A program made the position numbers and the translations under genes. Positions 25,875 through 35,116 of a DNA stretch of 64,000 nt are shown piece by piece. How positions within the stretch are numbered: position 1 is the stretch's first letter; the number at the start of each line of letters is the position of its first letter. Source of the DNA: Candidatus Pacearchaeota archaeon (GTDB lineage Archaea > Nanobdellota > Nanobdellia > Pacearchaeales > GW2011-AR1). Under the pieces are notes generated by a model. That model ran no database searches. It saw nothing but the letters and a program-made list of their open reading frames with translations, and had not been told where the DNA came from. The stretch covers positions 6,659 through 70,658 of the forward strand of contig JAPLXZ010000010.1 of NCBI GenBank assembly GCA_026395815.1, given 5' to 3'.

Positions 25875-27666
25875 AGAGTTAAAAGAGTATTGTCGAGAAT
25901 TAAGAAAAAAAATAAACCTAAATAATAAAATTCTTCTAATTAATTGCCCACAATTTAACTTGGACAGTTTTGATTTGGAAACAGCAAAAAATAGGGGTTA
26001 TTACGCATATCCGCCAACAGGATTACAATATCTTGCTTCAGCAATAGATAAGAAGAATTTAGAAGTGAGGATTCTCGATTTAAATTTTGAATTTTTGAAA
26101 AAAGTTCAGACAGATGAATCATTTAATCCTAAGAATTGGACGAACATATTGAAAGATTACATTAAAGAATATGAAGCATCAATTGTAGGGATTTCGGATT
26201 TTTATTGGGTTGATTTTCCAGCATTCAAAGAAGCCTCCCAATTCTTAAGAAAATCTAAGGATAAACCAATAATCCTGGCAGGAGGAGATTATGCAACACA
26301 TCACGCAGAAGAATTTTTGCAGGACGATTTATGCGATTTCGTCTGCCAAAGAGAATCAGAGAACAAAATAAATTTTTTATTGAACAGCCTTTATGACAAA
26401 AAAGGAAACACAAAGCCAACCCCCGGAATATTATTTATTCACAAGGGAAAATTAGAAGAAAGTAAAGGAGAAAGAGACTTGGTTGAATTGAAAGGGAATT
26501 TGATAGATAGTCATAAAATGATAAAAACTGAAGAATACTGCAAAGTCGGTTCTTTATGTCCTTTCTCCAGAATGGTTGGGAAGGATATTCCTTATGCAAC
26601 TTTAATACTTAATAGAGGATGCAGAGGGAATTGCAAGTTCTGCGGAGTTAGAGATTATATGGGAATAGGAGTAAGAAGCAGAAGCACAAAAGATGTTTTG
26701 GATGAGATAGAATATCTGTACAAAGAAAGAGGAGTAAGGCATATTGATTGGCTTGATGATGATTTTACAAGATATAACGAAAAAACTTTGGAACTGTTGC
26801 AAGGAATTATTGATAGAAAAATAAAAATTAGCTGGTCAATAAATAACGGAATTATAGCATCAGGAGTTGATGAACAATTAATGACCCAAATGAGAGATTC
26901 TGGATGTGTTGGTTTTCATGTTGGTGTTGAATCAGGAAATCCAAGTATACTAAAAGATATTAGAAAACTTGGAACAACCAAATCTTTTTTAGATTTTTCC
27001 AGAATCTCACAAAAATTTCCAGAAATGTTCATAATCGATAATTACATTTTAGGATTTCCAGGAGAAACCTTTGAACAAATAATGAATACCTTCAGATTTA
27101 GCCAAGAAATGAATATGGATTGGTCAAGTTATTCAATCTATCAACCAAATAGAGGGATTGATTTTGAAAAAAACTCTTCTGGCAAAGAAGAAAGAATAAT
27201 CGAGGATTTTGTTCCTTCAAAGTATACTGAAAAAACCAGATTAGAAAGAAAAGAAAATGTTCTTGAAGGAAAAGGAATATTCGGTCTTTTTGACAAAGAG
27301 GTTCCATCAAGAGAACAATTGAAAGAAATTTGGTTTGGTTTTGATTTAATAAGAAATCTTATACTAAACAAAAATTTAAAACCAGATGGAAATCCAGAAA
27401 AATTTGTAAGATGGATAAATTCTCTTCAGGATAGATATCCTCTACAGCCACAGTTATCTTTATTTAACGCTCTAACAAGCAGGCTAATTGGAGATGAAGA
27501 ACAAACAGAATCCCAATATGAATTGACTAAGAGAAATTTAAGAGATGAATATTGGAAAAGAAGATTCAATCAGTTTGGATTAACAGATGTTTTGGATAAT
27601 TTTCCAGGAAATCAACATCAAACAAGAGAGGCTTTGGAATATTTAAAAAAAGAAAATGAAAAATGA
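25825..27666 (+). CDS. cobalamin-binding-domain radical SAM enzyme (class B type), 613 aa
   Basis: rSAM cluster NRGCRGNCKFCGV and N-terminal ILAGGDYATHHA. It has a long C-terminal extension. It overlaps the upstream gene by 32-50 nt depending on the start codon. Confidence 0.8.
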   Translation: MKRSIIMEISDSQSSNRELKEYCRELRKKINLNNKILLINCPQFNLDSFDLETAKNRGYYAYPPTGLQYLASAIDKKNLEVRILDLNFEFLKKVQTDESFNPKNWTNILKDYIKEYEASIVGISDFYWVDFPAFKEASQFLRKSKDKPIILAGGDYATHHAEEFLQDDLCDFVCQRESENKINFLLNSLYDKKGNTKPTPGILFIHKGKLEESKGERDLVELKGNLIDSHKMIKTEEYCKVGSLCPFSRMVGKDIPYATLILNRGCRGNCKFCGVRDYMGIGVRSRSTKDVLDEIEYLYKERGVRHIDWLDDDFTRYNEKTLELLQGIIDRKIKISWSINNGIIASGVDEQLMTQMRDSGCVGFHVGVESGNPSILKDIRKLGTTKSFLDFSRISQKFPEMFIIDNYILGFPGETFEQIMNTFRFSQEMNMDWSSYSIYQPNRGIDFEKNSSGKEERIIEDFVPSKYTEKTRLERKENVLEGKGIFGLFDKEVPSREQLKEIWFGFDLIRNLILNKNLKPDGNPEKFVRWINSLQDRYPLQPQLSLFNALTSRLIGDEEQTESQYELTKRNLRDEYWKRRFNQFGLTDVLDNFPGNQHQTREALEYLKKENEK

Positions 27667-28510
27667 AAAAAATATTTTGATAATCGGAGCATCAGGGCTT
27701 ATAGGAGAGCATACCTACAATCTTCTTAAATCAGAAGGAAAAGAAGTAATAGGAACATATAATAAAAACAAAAGAGAAGGATTAATTCACTTTAATCTTG
27801 TTGATTCTTCTTTATCTTCTCTGCCATTAGAAAAAATCAGTCATGCATTAATTTGCTCTGCAATAACTAATCTTGATGAATGTAAGAAAAATCCAGAACA
27901 TTCTCATGAAGTAAATGTTAAGGGAATTGAAAGAATAATATCCGATCTAATACAAAGGGAAATACTTCCGATTTTTATTTCTTCAGGAGCAATATTTGAT
28001 GGAATTAAAGGAGGTTACAAAGAAGACAGCGAGAGAAACCCAATAAGTTTGTATGGTAAGCAAAAAGTAGAAGTTGAAAATTTCATAACCTCCAATACAG
28101 AAGATTATTTGATAATAAGGCCAGGAAAAATCTGCGATTTTCATAAACTATTCTCAGATTGGTTTGAAAGATATAAGAAAGGAGATACAATTCTCTGTGC
28201 TAACGATGAAAAGCAATCTTTTACAAGTCCAAAAGATATAGCAAGAGCTATAGACTTGCTGATAGAAAAAAATTCCAGAGGAATTTATCATCTAAATCAA
28301 CCCAATTCTTGCAGTAGATTTGAATTAGCCACTAAATTCTTTGAAGATTTTGGAATTCAAGATGCAAAAATAAAAGGTTGTTCTTTAGATGATTTTGGAG
28401 GAGAAAAAAGAGCAAAATGTTCATTTATGGATGCCAGTAAATTTATCCAAGAAACAGGATTTGAATTTACGAGCATAAAAGAGTATTACAAATCAATCGA
28501 TACAATATAA
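27656..28510 (+). CDS. NDP-4-keto-sugar reductase (RmlD-like SDR)
   Basis: ILIIGASGLIGEH Rossmann motif and catalytic LYGKQKVEVE (YxxxK), at an RmlD-like ~284 aa length. It overlaps the upstream rSAM gene by 11 nt. Confidence 0.7.
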   Translation: MKNEKNILIIGASGLIGEHTYNLLKSEGKEVIGTYNKNKREGLIHFNLVDSSLSSLPLEKISHALICSAITNLDECKKNPEHSHEVNVKGIERIISDLIQREILPIFISSGAIFDGIKGGYKEDSERNPISLYGKQKVEVENFITSNTEDYLIIRPGKICDFHKLFSDWFERYKKGDTILCANDEKQSFTSPKDIARAIDLLIEKNSRGIYHLNQPNSCSRFELATKFFEDFGIQDAKIKGCSLDDFGGEKRAKCSFMDASKFIQETGFEFTSIKEYYKSIDTI

Positions 28511-28545
28511 ATAAATTTAAGAACAATTTTAAATAAAACACTAAA

Positions 28546-30567
28546 ATGGAAAAAAAGAGTATTTATGTTGCACAATTTGGGACAGGTTCTAATATAAACC
28601 TATTGCCATTAGCTGCAGGCCAGTTGGTGTCTCGATTGAAACAGGAAAAAGAATTGCTTGAAGATTGTTCTTTAGAGGAAATAATTTTTAGAAGAGATAA
28701 TCCACAAAAATTAGTCTCAAAAATGAAACCCGTTTTAACTGCAGGATTTTCCTGTTTTTTATGGAACACTAATCACAGTCTTGCTGTTGGGAATGAAGTA
28801 AAAAAAAGATTTCCAAAATCTTTAATTGTTTTTGGCGGGCCTTCAATTCCCAAAGAATCAGCATTGAGCTACGAATTTTTTGAAAAAAATCCTTTTATAG
28901 ATGTAATATGCATTGATGAAGGAGAAGAAGTTTTTGCACAATTATGCAAAGCGCAGTTAGAAGGAAAGCCTTTTGATTCTATTCCAGGAATAATATACAG
29001 AGACAAAAAAAATAGGAAACTTATTGAAAACCCGCTTAAAGGACACTTGGACTTAAGCAAACTCCCTTCTCCTTATGTTGACGGAACATTTGATGAATTT
29101 TACGCAAAGCACGGTTCAGAATTTTCAGGAGCAATCATAGAAACAAACCGTGGCTGCCCTTACAAATGTTCTTATTGTACATGGGGAAACCAGCCTTTTC
29201 ATCAGCTAAGAGAAAAGACAAATGAAACAGTAAGAAAGGAAATTGAATGGATAGGCAAGAATAAGGTAAATTACATTGCGATGGCTGATGCAAATTTTGG
29301 AATAAGAGCAAGAGATATTGATTTTGCGAAAATGCTTGCAGAATGCAAAGAAAAATACGGAGTTCCAAATTTTATATCCGTAAGTTGGGTAAAAAACTCT
29401 TCAAAAAAAGTTTTGGAAATCGCAGATATATTAAAAAAAGCAGATGTTGGATTTAAGATAACTCTCTCTTTGCAGAGCCTCAACCCAGAAGTTGTAAAAG
29501 CAATAAATAGAGTAAACATAAAACAGGAAGATTACGATAGGATTAAAGATGCATACAGAAAAGAGAATATGTATTCTTACACAGAATTAATTTTTGGCCT
29601 GCCAATGGAAAGCTATGAATCTTATATTTCCGGAATAGAAAACTCTCTCAGTGAAAGCATTTTAGATCAACTGTATGTTTATCCTCTTTTTCTTTTTCCA
29701 AATACTCAAATAGGCTCTAAAGAGAGCAGAGAAAAATACGGAATAAAATCAAGAAAGGTTGAATGTGTCTACACAAAAAGCAAAGTATCAAATGAAATAA
29801 AAGAAGAAGTTGAAATAGTAACAGGAAATAATGCAATGCCAGAAGACAGATGGAGAGATGCATTTACTGTAGGATATCATACAATCGCCTTGCATGATGA
29901 CAGATTAGCATTTTTTATATTTCATTACCTAAAAAGAGAGTTTGGAGTAAAGATAACAGATTTGGAAACTTATGCAAGGGAGATGTCTGCCAAAGAAAAC
30001 GAAAATCTGCCAATAATAAGAAGTTCTTTTTTAAGATTGGAAAATCTTGCAAGAGATATTCAAGATAAATCAATAGATTATCTAATACGACCAAGAACTT
30101 ATGGAAATATTCCATTTGACCCACCAGAAGGAACATTCTTGGAACTTATGCTTGACAAATCAAAATTCTATTCTGAATTTTTTGAAATAACTAAATCTTA
30201 CTTAAAATCAAAATCCAGATTATTTGTTAAGAGTAAATTAAAGGATTTGTTTAAATTTCAGGAAGCAGTAATTGCAAACTTAGATGGCAAAAAAGAAGAT
30301 TCCGTAGAATTGCAATATGACTGGATAAGTTATTTTTCTCCTTCTTTTCATCTTCCAAGAAAAGAGTTAGAATACTCTCCATCAAGATTAACAATTGTAG
30401 ATGCAAATCCAAGTCATGGAAATTCTCAGGAATTTTTAAAGAATCATTTTGATGTTAGAGGAGTTCCTTGCTTTAATCCGATTTATAATTCTAATGGAGA
30501 ATTAGTATTTCCTCCTGTTCAAATGCAACATTTAAAAATCCCTACTTCATGGAGTGAAAATGGATAA
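28546..30567 (+). CDS. cobalamin-binding-domain radical SAM enzyme (class B type), 673 aa
   Basis: rSAM cluster NRGCPYKCSYCTWG, with N-terminal IVFGGPSIPKE and ICIDEGEEVF. It has a ~250 aa C-terminal extension. Confidence 0.8.
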   Translation: MEKKSIYVAQFGTGSNINLLPLAAGQLVSRLKQEKELLEDCSLEEIIFRRDNPQKLVSKMKPVLTAGFSCFLWNTNHSLAVGNEVKKRFPKSLIVFGGPSIPKESALSYEFFEKNPFIDVICIDEGEEVFAQLCKAQLEGKPFDSIPGIIYRDKKNRKLIENPLKGHLDLSKLPSPYVDGTFDEFYAKHGSEFSGAIIETNRGCPYKCSYCTWGNQPFHQLREKTNETVRKEIEWIGKNKVNYIAMADANFGIRARDIDFAKMLAECKEKYGVPNFISVSWVKNSSKKVLEIADILKKADVGFKITLSLQSLNPEVVKAINRVNIKQEDYDRIKDAYRKENMYSYTELIFGLPMESYESYISGIENSLSESILDQLYVYPLFLFPNTQIGSKESREKYGIKSRKVECVYTKSKVSNEIKEEVEIVTGNNAMPEDRWRDAFTVGYHTIALHDDRLAFFIFHYLKREFGVKITDLETYAREMSAKENENLPIIRSSFLRLENLARDIQDKSIDYLIRPRTYGNIPFDPPEGTFLELMLDKSKFYSEFFEITKSYLKSKSRLFVKSKLKDLFKFQEAVIANLDGKKEDSVELQYDWISYFSPSFHLPRKELEYSPSRLTIVDANPSHGNSQEFLKNHFDVRGVPCFNPIYNSNGELVFPPVQMQHLKIPTSWSENG

Positions 30568-31948
30568 GCAATTAATGGAATTATTAAAAAAATACAATAA
30601 GAGAGGCTCTTGGTATACAGATTATCCTCCTTTAGGCTTATGGGAACAGAAAGTTTCTGATGAAGAATATAAAACTGCTCTGACAGAATTTTCAGTTAGT
30701 TCAGGGGATAAACCTGTTTTTTTATACATTCACTATCCATTCTGTCCAAAACAATGTTATTATTGCATGTGCTTTTCAGAAGTATCTCGAAGCCATAAAA
30801 AAAGTCAGGAATTCTTAAATCATAATGGTCGTGAAGTAGATATGCTAAATAAGCTTTTTGAAAAAAATTCTTTTAAGCCAAATATAAGAAAAATTCATTA
30901 TGGCGGAGGTTCTCCTTCCTGGCTTAATCAGGAAGAGTTTGATATTCTTGATGAACAAGTCAGTAGACTAGCAGATAAATCCAACCTGGAAGAGATAGCA
31001 ATAGAAGTAGATCCAAGAACAGTAACTCCAGAAATGATGAGGCATTATCATGAAAAAGGAATTAATAGAATTTCTTTTGGAGTTCAGGATTTTGATCCAG
31101 AAGTTCAAAAAGCAATTAATAGGATTCAGCCTTATGAAATGGTTGAAAGATTAATGAGTCCAGAAATGAGGAAACTTTTCAATAGAGGCTTTAATTTTGA
31201 TATTATTTATGGAATGCCTAAACAGACTGTAGAATCTTTTAGAAAAACAATCCAGCAATGTATTGAGCTTTCTCCTGACAGGCTTGGAGTTTGCATATTG
31301 GGGTGGAGACCAGATATTTTCAAGCATCAGCAAAAGATTAACGAATCAGATCTCCCAAATTTTGAAGAATCAACTGAAATGCAATTAGAATCTATGGAGA
31401 TGCTTTTAGCTGCAGGATATGAAAGAATAGGAATAGACCATTATGCAAAGCCAGACGAGGATTTAGCTGTAACAAAAAGGCAAGACAAGCTTCATCGTAG
31501 CGCAATGGGATACAATCCAGGAGATTGTGTTGATATGATTGGGCTTGGGCCTTCTGCGATGAATAGAATGCAGAATTATTATTTCCAAAAGGAATACAAC
31601 ATTAGGAGGTACAATGAGTTGGTTGATGCAGGCAAATTTCCAGTCTTTAGAGGTTATAAGCTAAACAAAGATGAACAAATCAGAAGAGATATAATGGAAA
31701 AGATAATCTGTTATGATAGAATAGACTTTGATGAAATAGAAAAGAGATATGGAATCAATTTTAAAGAGCATTTTGAATATGAACTTAATTCATTTGGAGA
31801 GCTTATTCAGGATGGGATTATAGAACTTTCTGACAGGGAACTGACAGTTACTCCAACAGGAACATTATTCCATCGCCATGTTTGTACTGTTTTCGACGAA
31901 CTTTTGAGAAAAGGAAAAGGTTACAAACATGCAAGAGATAGTGCATAA
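30554..31948 (+). CDS. HemN-type radical SAM enzyme (oxygen-independent coproporphyrinogen oxidase family / class C rSAM)
   Basis: YNKRGSWYTDYPP resembles the HemN N-terminal GPRYTSYP-type motif. LYIHYPFCPKQCYYCMC is the cluster motif, and YGGGSPS is present. The 464 aa length is HemN-like. It overlaps the upstream rSAM gene by 14 nt. Confidence 0.85.
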   Translation: MKMDKQLMELLKKYNKRGSWYTDYPPLGLWEQKVSDEEYKTALTEFSVSSGDKPVFLYIHYPFCPKQCYYCMCFSEVSRSHKKSQEFLNHNGREVDMLNKLFEKNSFKPNIRKIHYGGGSPSWLNQEEFDILDEQVSRLADKSNLEEIAIEVDPRTVTPEMMRHYHEKGINRISFGVQDFDPEVQKAINRIQPYEMVERLMSPEMRKLFNRGFNFDIIYGMPKQTVESFRKTIQQCIELSPDRLGVCILGWRPDIFKHQQKINESDLPNFEESTEMQLESMEMLLAAGYERIGIDHYAKPDEDLAVTKRQDKLHRSAMGYNPGDCVDMIGLGPSAMNRMQNYYFQKEYNIRRYNELVDAGKFPVFRGYKLNKDEQIRRDIMEKIICYDRIDFDEIEKRYGINFKEHFEYELNSFGELIQDGIIELSDRELTVTPTGTLFHRHVCTVFDELLRKGKGYKHARDSA

Positions 31949-31980
31949 AAATTTAAAAAGAGCGTTTTATAATTATAAAA

Positions 31981-32520
31981 ATGAGAAAAAAGGCGTTAAT
32001 AATGACTTGGGAAGGATATCAAGATCAAGAAGTAATCTATCCGTTTTACAGATTGTTAGAAGATGATTTTGAAGTTGATGTATCTGCTTCTACTCCAGGA
32101 GAGATTCATGGGATTCTTGGAACTAAGATGACTGCAACTAAATCCCTAGATGAAATAAATCCTGAAGATTATGATTTATTGATTCTCCCAGGAGGTGTTA
32201 AGGCTCTTGAAAAATTAAGACAAGAACCGAGAGCATTAGCTTTCATAAATTTCTGGGATTCTAAAGGAAAAATAATCGGTAGCACTTGTCACGGTGCTCA
32301 ATTGATGATATCTGCAAAAATTGTTCAAGGCAGAAAAATTTCAGGCTATTATAGCATCAAAGATGACATTACAAACGCAGGAGCAGAATATGTAGATGCT
32401 CCTTTCGTAATAGACAAAAACATAGTATCGAGTCCGCATTATAAGCACATGGGGAAATGGATGAAAGAAACAATACGTTTGTTTAATGAACAAAATGATA
32501 AAGGAAATAAAGGTTTCTAA
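31981..32520 (+). CDS. DJ-1/PfpI family protein
   Basis: LILPGG...IGSTCHGAQLMISAKIV (nucleophile-elbow Cys-His), at the PfpI-like length of 179 aa. Confidence 0.8.
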   Translation: MRKKALIMTWEGYQDQEVIYPFYRLLEDDFEVDVSASTPGEIHGILGTKMTATKSLDEINPEDYDLLILPGGVKALEKLRQEPRALAFINFWDSKGKIIGSTCHGAQLMISAKIVQGRKISGYYSIKDDITNAGAEYVDAPFVIDKNIVSSPHYKHMGKWMKETIRLFNEQNDKGNKGF

Positions 32521-35041
32521 TATAGATAAAGAAAAAGTTTTGGAACATAGTTGTCCTAAAGACCCCAGCTTAGAGAATATGAATTTTGAAGGAATTGTAG
32601 TAAATAAGCCATGGGGTTATGAATATCTTATGTTTCAAAATAAGGAAGTTTCTATCTGGCTTTTGTATATAAAAAAAGGGCATTCAACTTCCACACATTG
32701 CCATCCGAATAAAAAAACTTCTCTTTTGTTAATATCAGGAAATGCATGCTGTTCAACTTTAAATGAAAAATTTGAACTTAGAGAAAAAGACGCTCTTATA
32801 TTCGACAAAGGAGTTTTTCACAAAACAGAAGCCCTTTCTGAAAATGGAATTTTTGTTTTAGAAACAGAAACTCCTTCAGACAAAACAGATTTATTCAGAC
32901 TTAAAGATGATTACAAAAGAGAATTGAAAGCCTATACAGAAAGGAAGAATATTACTAACAAGACTTATAACTATCATTATTTATTTCTGGATAACCAAAA
33001 AGATTCAACAAATATTTTTGGGAAATACAAATTTTATCTGAGAAAGTTCAGCACAACCGAGCAGTTTTTAAACGAAATGAATTCGATTGACGCAGATATA
33101 GCAATTGTTATTGAAGGAGAAATATTCCTTCCTGATAAGACAATCGGCAAGTCCGATGTTGTGAATGTCAATGATTTGAAAAAAGGAAAATTAATCTCTC
33201 CGTCTAAATTACTATTTTTATACGAAAGAAAAAATTCAATAAAACTTTCTGATTATGTAGTCTCTTTTTTAGACAAAAGAAAAATTAATAATGTCTTTTT
33301 AGTCTCAGGAGGAAATATTATGCATCTTTTAGAATCAGTAAGAGTCAACAAAAATATGAATTACTTTTGTACTCATCATGAGCAGGCAGCTGCAATGGCT
33401 GCAGAAGGCTATTCTAAAATGAAGAATGATATAGGACTTGCTATGGTTACAAGCGGACCAGGTGGAACAAATGCAATAACAGGGGTTGCAGGAGCATGGA
33501 TGGATTCAAATCCAGTTCTGATAATCTCAGGGCAGTCATATTCAAGTCAGACTATTGGAGATTCAGGATTAAGGCAATTGGGAGTTCAGGAAATAAATAT
33601 TGTAGATCTTGTAAGGCCAATAACAAAATATGCAGTTATGGTTAAAGATCCGAATAAAATAAAGTATCATCTTGAAAAAGCAACATATCTGGCAACTCAT
33701 GGAAGGCCAGGACCAGTTTGGATAGACATCCCCATCAATATACAAATGTCAATGATTGAAGAAAAAGATTTAGACTCATTCAAGATTTCAAAAGAAGATG
33801 AAATCAAATACTCAGATTTAAAAGAAAAAGTAAGAGAAACAATTGAATTGATAAAAAATTCAAAAAGACCAATAATTCTTTTGGGAAATGGAGTAAGATT
33901 AGGGAAATCCGAAAAAGAATTCTACCAGTTAATAGAAAAACTTCCGTTTCCAATAGTTACCTCAAGAAATGCGAATGATTTGATTTGGAACGACAATAAA
34001 TTGTATGTTGGAAGAGTTGGCTCTTTTGGACAAAGATATGCTAATTTTGCAATTCAAAATTCTGATTTGCTTTTGAGTCTTGGTTCTAGAATAGCTCTTG
34101 CAGTAACAGGCTGGGCATACAAAGATTTTGCAAGAGAAGCTAAAAAAATAGTAGTGGACATAGATCCTGCAGAATTAAAAAAACCAATAATAAAACCAGA
34201 CATTCCAATCAACTGCGACATAAAAGAATTTATCTTGGAATTTTTGAATCAATTGAAAGAATCAGACATTCCGGATATTTCAGAATGGAAAGAAAAAATA
34301 GATTACTGGAAAAATAAATATCTTTTGCCAAAAGATGAAGAGAAAGAAAACTTTGTGGACATTTATTCTTTCATAGATCAACTATCAGAAGAGCTAAATG
34401 ATAAAGATATAGTAATCACAGATATGGGAATGAGTTTTCAGTGCACTATGCAAAAATTCAAATTAAAAAAAGGACAAAGACTTTTCAGTTCCTCGGCTTT
34501 GGCATCAATGGGTTTTGGGCTTCCAGGAGCTATAGGCGCTTGTGTAGCGAATAATAAAAAGAGAATTATTTGCATAGCAGGGGATGGAGGTTTGCAAATG
34601 AACATACAAGAACTTCAGACAGTCTTCCATAACAAATTTCCAATAAAGATTTTTATTATAAATAATAAAGGCTATTCTTCAATGAGAGAAACTCAAACTG
34701 CTTACTTTAGCGGATACATAGCATCTGAATCGAGCAGTGGAGTTAGCATGCCGAATTTTATAAAAATTGCAGAAGCGTATGGATTGAAAACAAAAAGGAT
34801 AGAAAACCAAAAAAATCTGAAAGAAGATTTAAAGGAAGTTCTTGATTATAATGGCCCAATCGTTTGTGATATTAACATATCGGATAAGCAGCAAGTTTAT
34901 CCAAAGCAAGGAAATTATGTGAGACCAGATGGAAAGCCTATTCCAAGGCCAATAGAAGATATGAGTCCTTTCATGGACAGAGAAGAATTCAAGAAAGATA
35001 TGATTATTGATACAATCCTATTCGACACTTACAAAGAATAG
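32486..35041 (+). CDS. fusion protein: N-terminal cupin domain plus acetolactate-synthase-like TPP-dependent enzyme
   Basis: Cupin: NKPWGYEYLMF...GHSTSTHCHPNKKTSLLLISG...VFHKTEA. From about residue 260 it is ALS/YerE-like: VSGGNIMHLLES...HHEQAAAMAAEGY...VTSGPGGTNAITGVAGAWMDSNPVLIISGQ and the TPP motif IAGDGGLQMNIQELQTV...IINNKGY. The start is uncertain (32486, 32495 or 32579). Confidence 0.8.
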   Translation: MNKMIKEIKVSNIDKEKVLEHSCPKDPSLENMNFEGIVVNKPWGYEYLMFQNKEVSIWLLYIKKGHSTSTHCHPNKKTSLLLISGNACCSTLNEKFELREKDALIFDKGVFHKTEALSENGIFVLETETPSDKTDLFRLKDDYKRELKAYTERKNITNKTYNYHYLFLDNQKDSTNIFGKYKFYLRKFSTTEQFLNEMNSIDADIAIVIEGEIFLPDKTIGKSDVVNVNDLKKGKLISPSKLLFLYERKNSIKLSDYVVSFLDKRKINNVFLVSGGNIMHLLESVRVNKNMNYFCTHHEQAAAMAAEGYSKMKNDIGLAMVTSGPGGTNAITGVAGAWMDSNPVLIISGQSYSSQTIGDSGLRQLGVQEINIVDLVRPITKYAVMVKDPNKIKYHLEKATYLATHGRPGPVWIDIPINIQMSMIEEKDLDSFKISKEDEIKYSDLKEKVRETIELIKNSKRPIILLGNGVRLGKSEKEFYQLIEKLPFPIVTSRNANDLIWNDNKLYVGRVGSFGQRYANFAIQNSDLLLSLGSRIALAVTGWAYKDFAREAKKIVVDIDPAELKKPIIKPDIPINCDIKEFILEFLNQLKESDIPDISEWKEKIDYWKNKYLLPKDEEKENFVDIYSFIDQLSEELNDKDIVITDMGMSFQCTMQKFKLKKGQRLFSSSALASMGFGLPGAIGACVANNKKRIICIAGDGGLQMNIQELQTVFHNKFPIKIFIINNKGYSSMRETQTAYFSGYIASESSSGVSMPNFIKIAEAYGLKTKRIENQKNLKEDLKEVLDYNGPIVCDINISDKQQVYPKQGNYVRPDGKPIPRPIEDMSPFMDREEFKKDMIIDTILFDTYKE

Positions 35042-35090
35042 GAATAATCTTCCCTTTAAATTTGATTATATTCCATATATCTTATATGCT

Positions 35091-35098
35091 TATAAATA
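35091..35098 (+). promoter_or_regulatory. TATA-like box for the first tandem rSAM gene
   Basis: tataaata begins 26 nt upstream of the ATG 35117. A C8 tract (35100..35107) and a T7 tract (35110..35116) follow it. Confidence 0.45.
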
Positions 35099-35099
35099 T

Positions 35100-35107
35100 C
35101 CCCCCCC
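35100..35107. repeat. poly-C (8 nt) homopolymer between TATA-like box and start codon
   Basis: Read directly: tataaatat-cccccccc-tg-ttttttt-ATG. Confidence 0.95.
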
Positions 35108-35116
35108 TGTTTTTTT

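Noticed and set aside
28546-31948. HemN plus a large B12-rSAM (BchE-like) as a tetrapyrrole (heme/bacteriochlorophyll) gene pair.
   Set aside because: No other tetrapyrrole genes are nearby, and both genes sit in an operon-like run with RmlD-like, DJ-1 and cupin-TPP genes. It is kept as an alternative to test and is not adopted.
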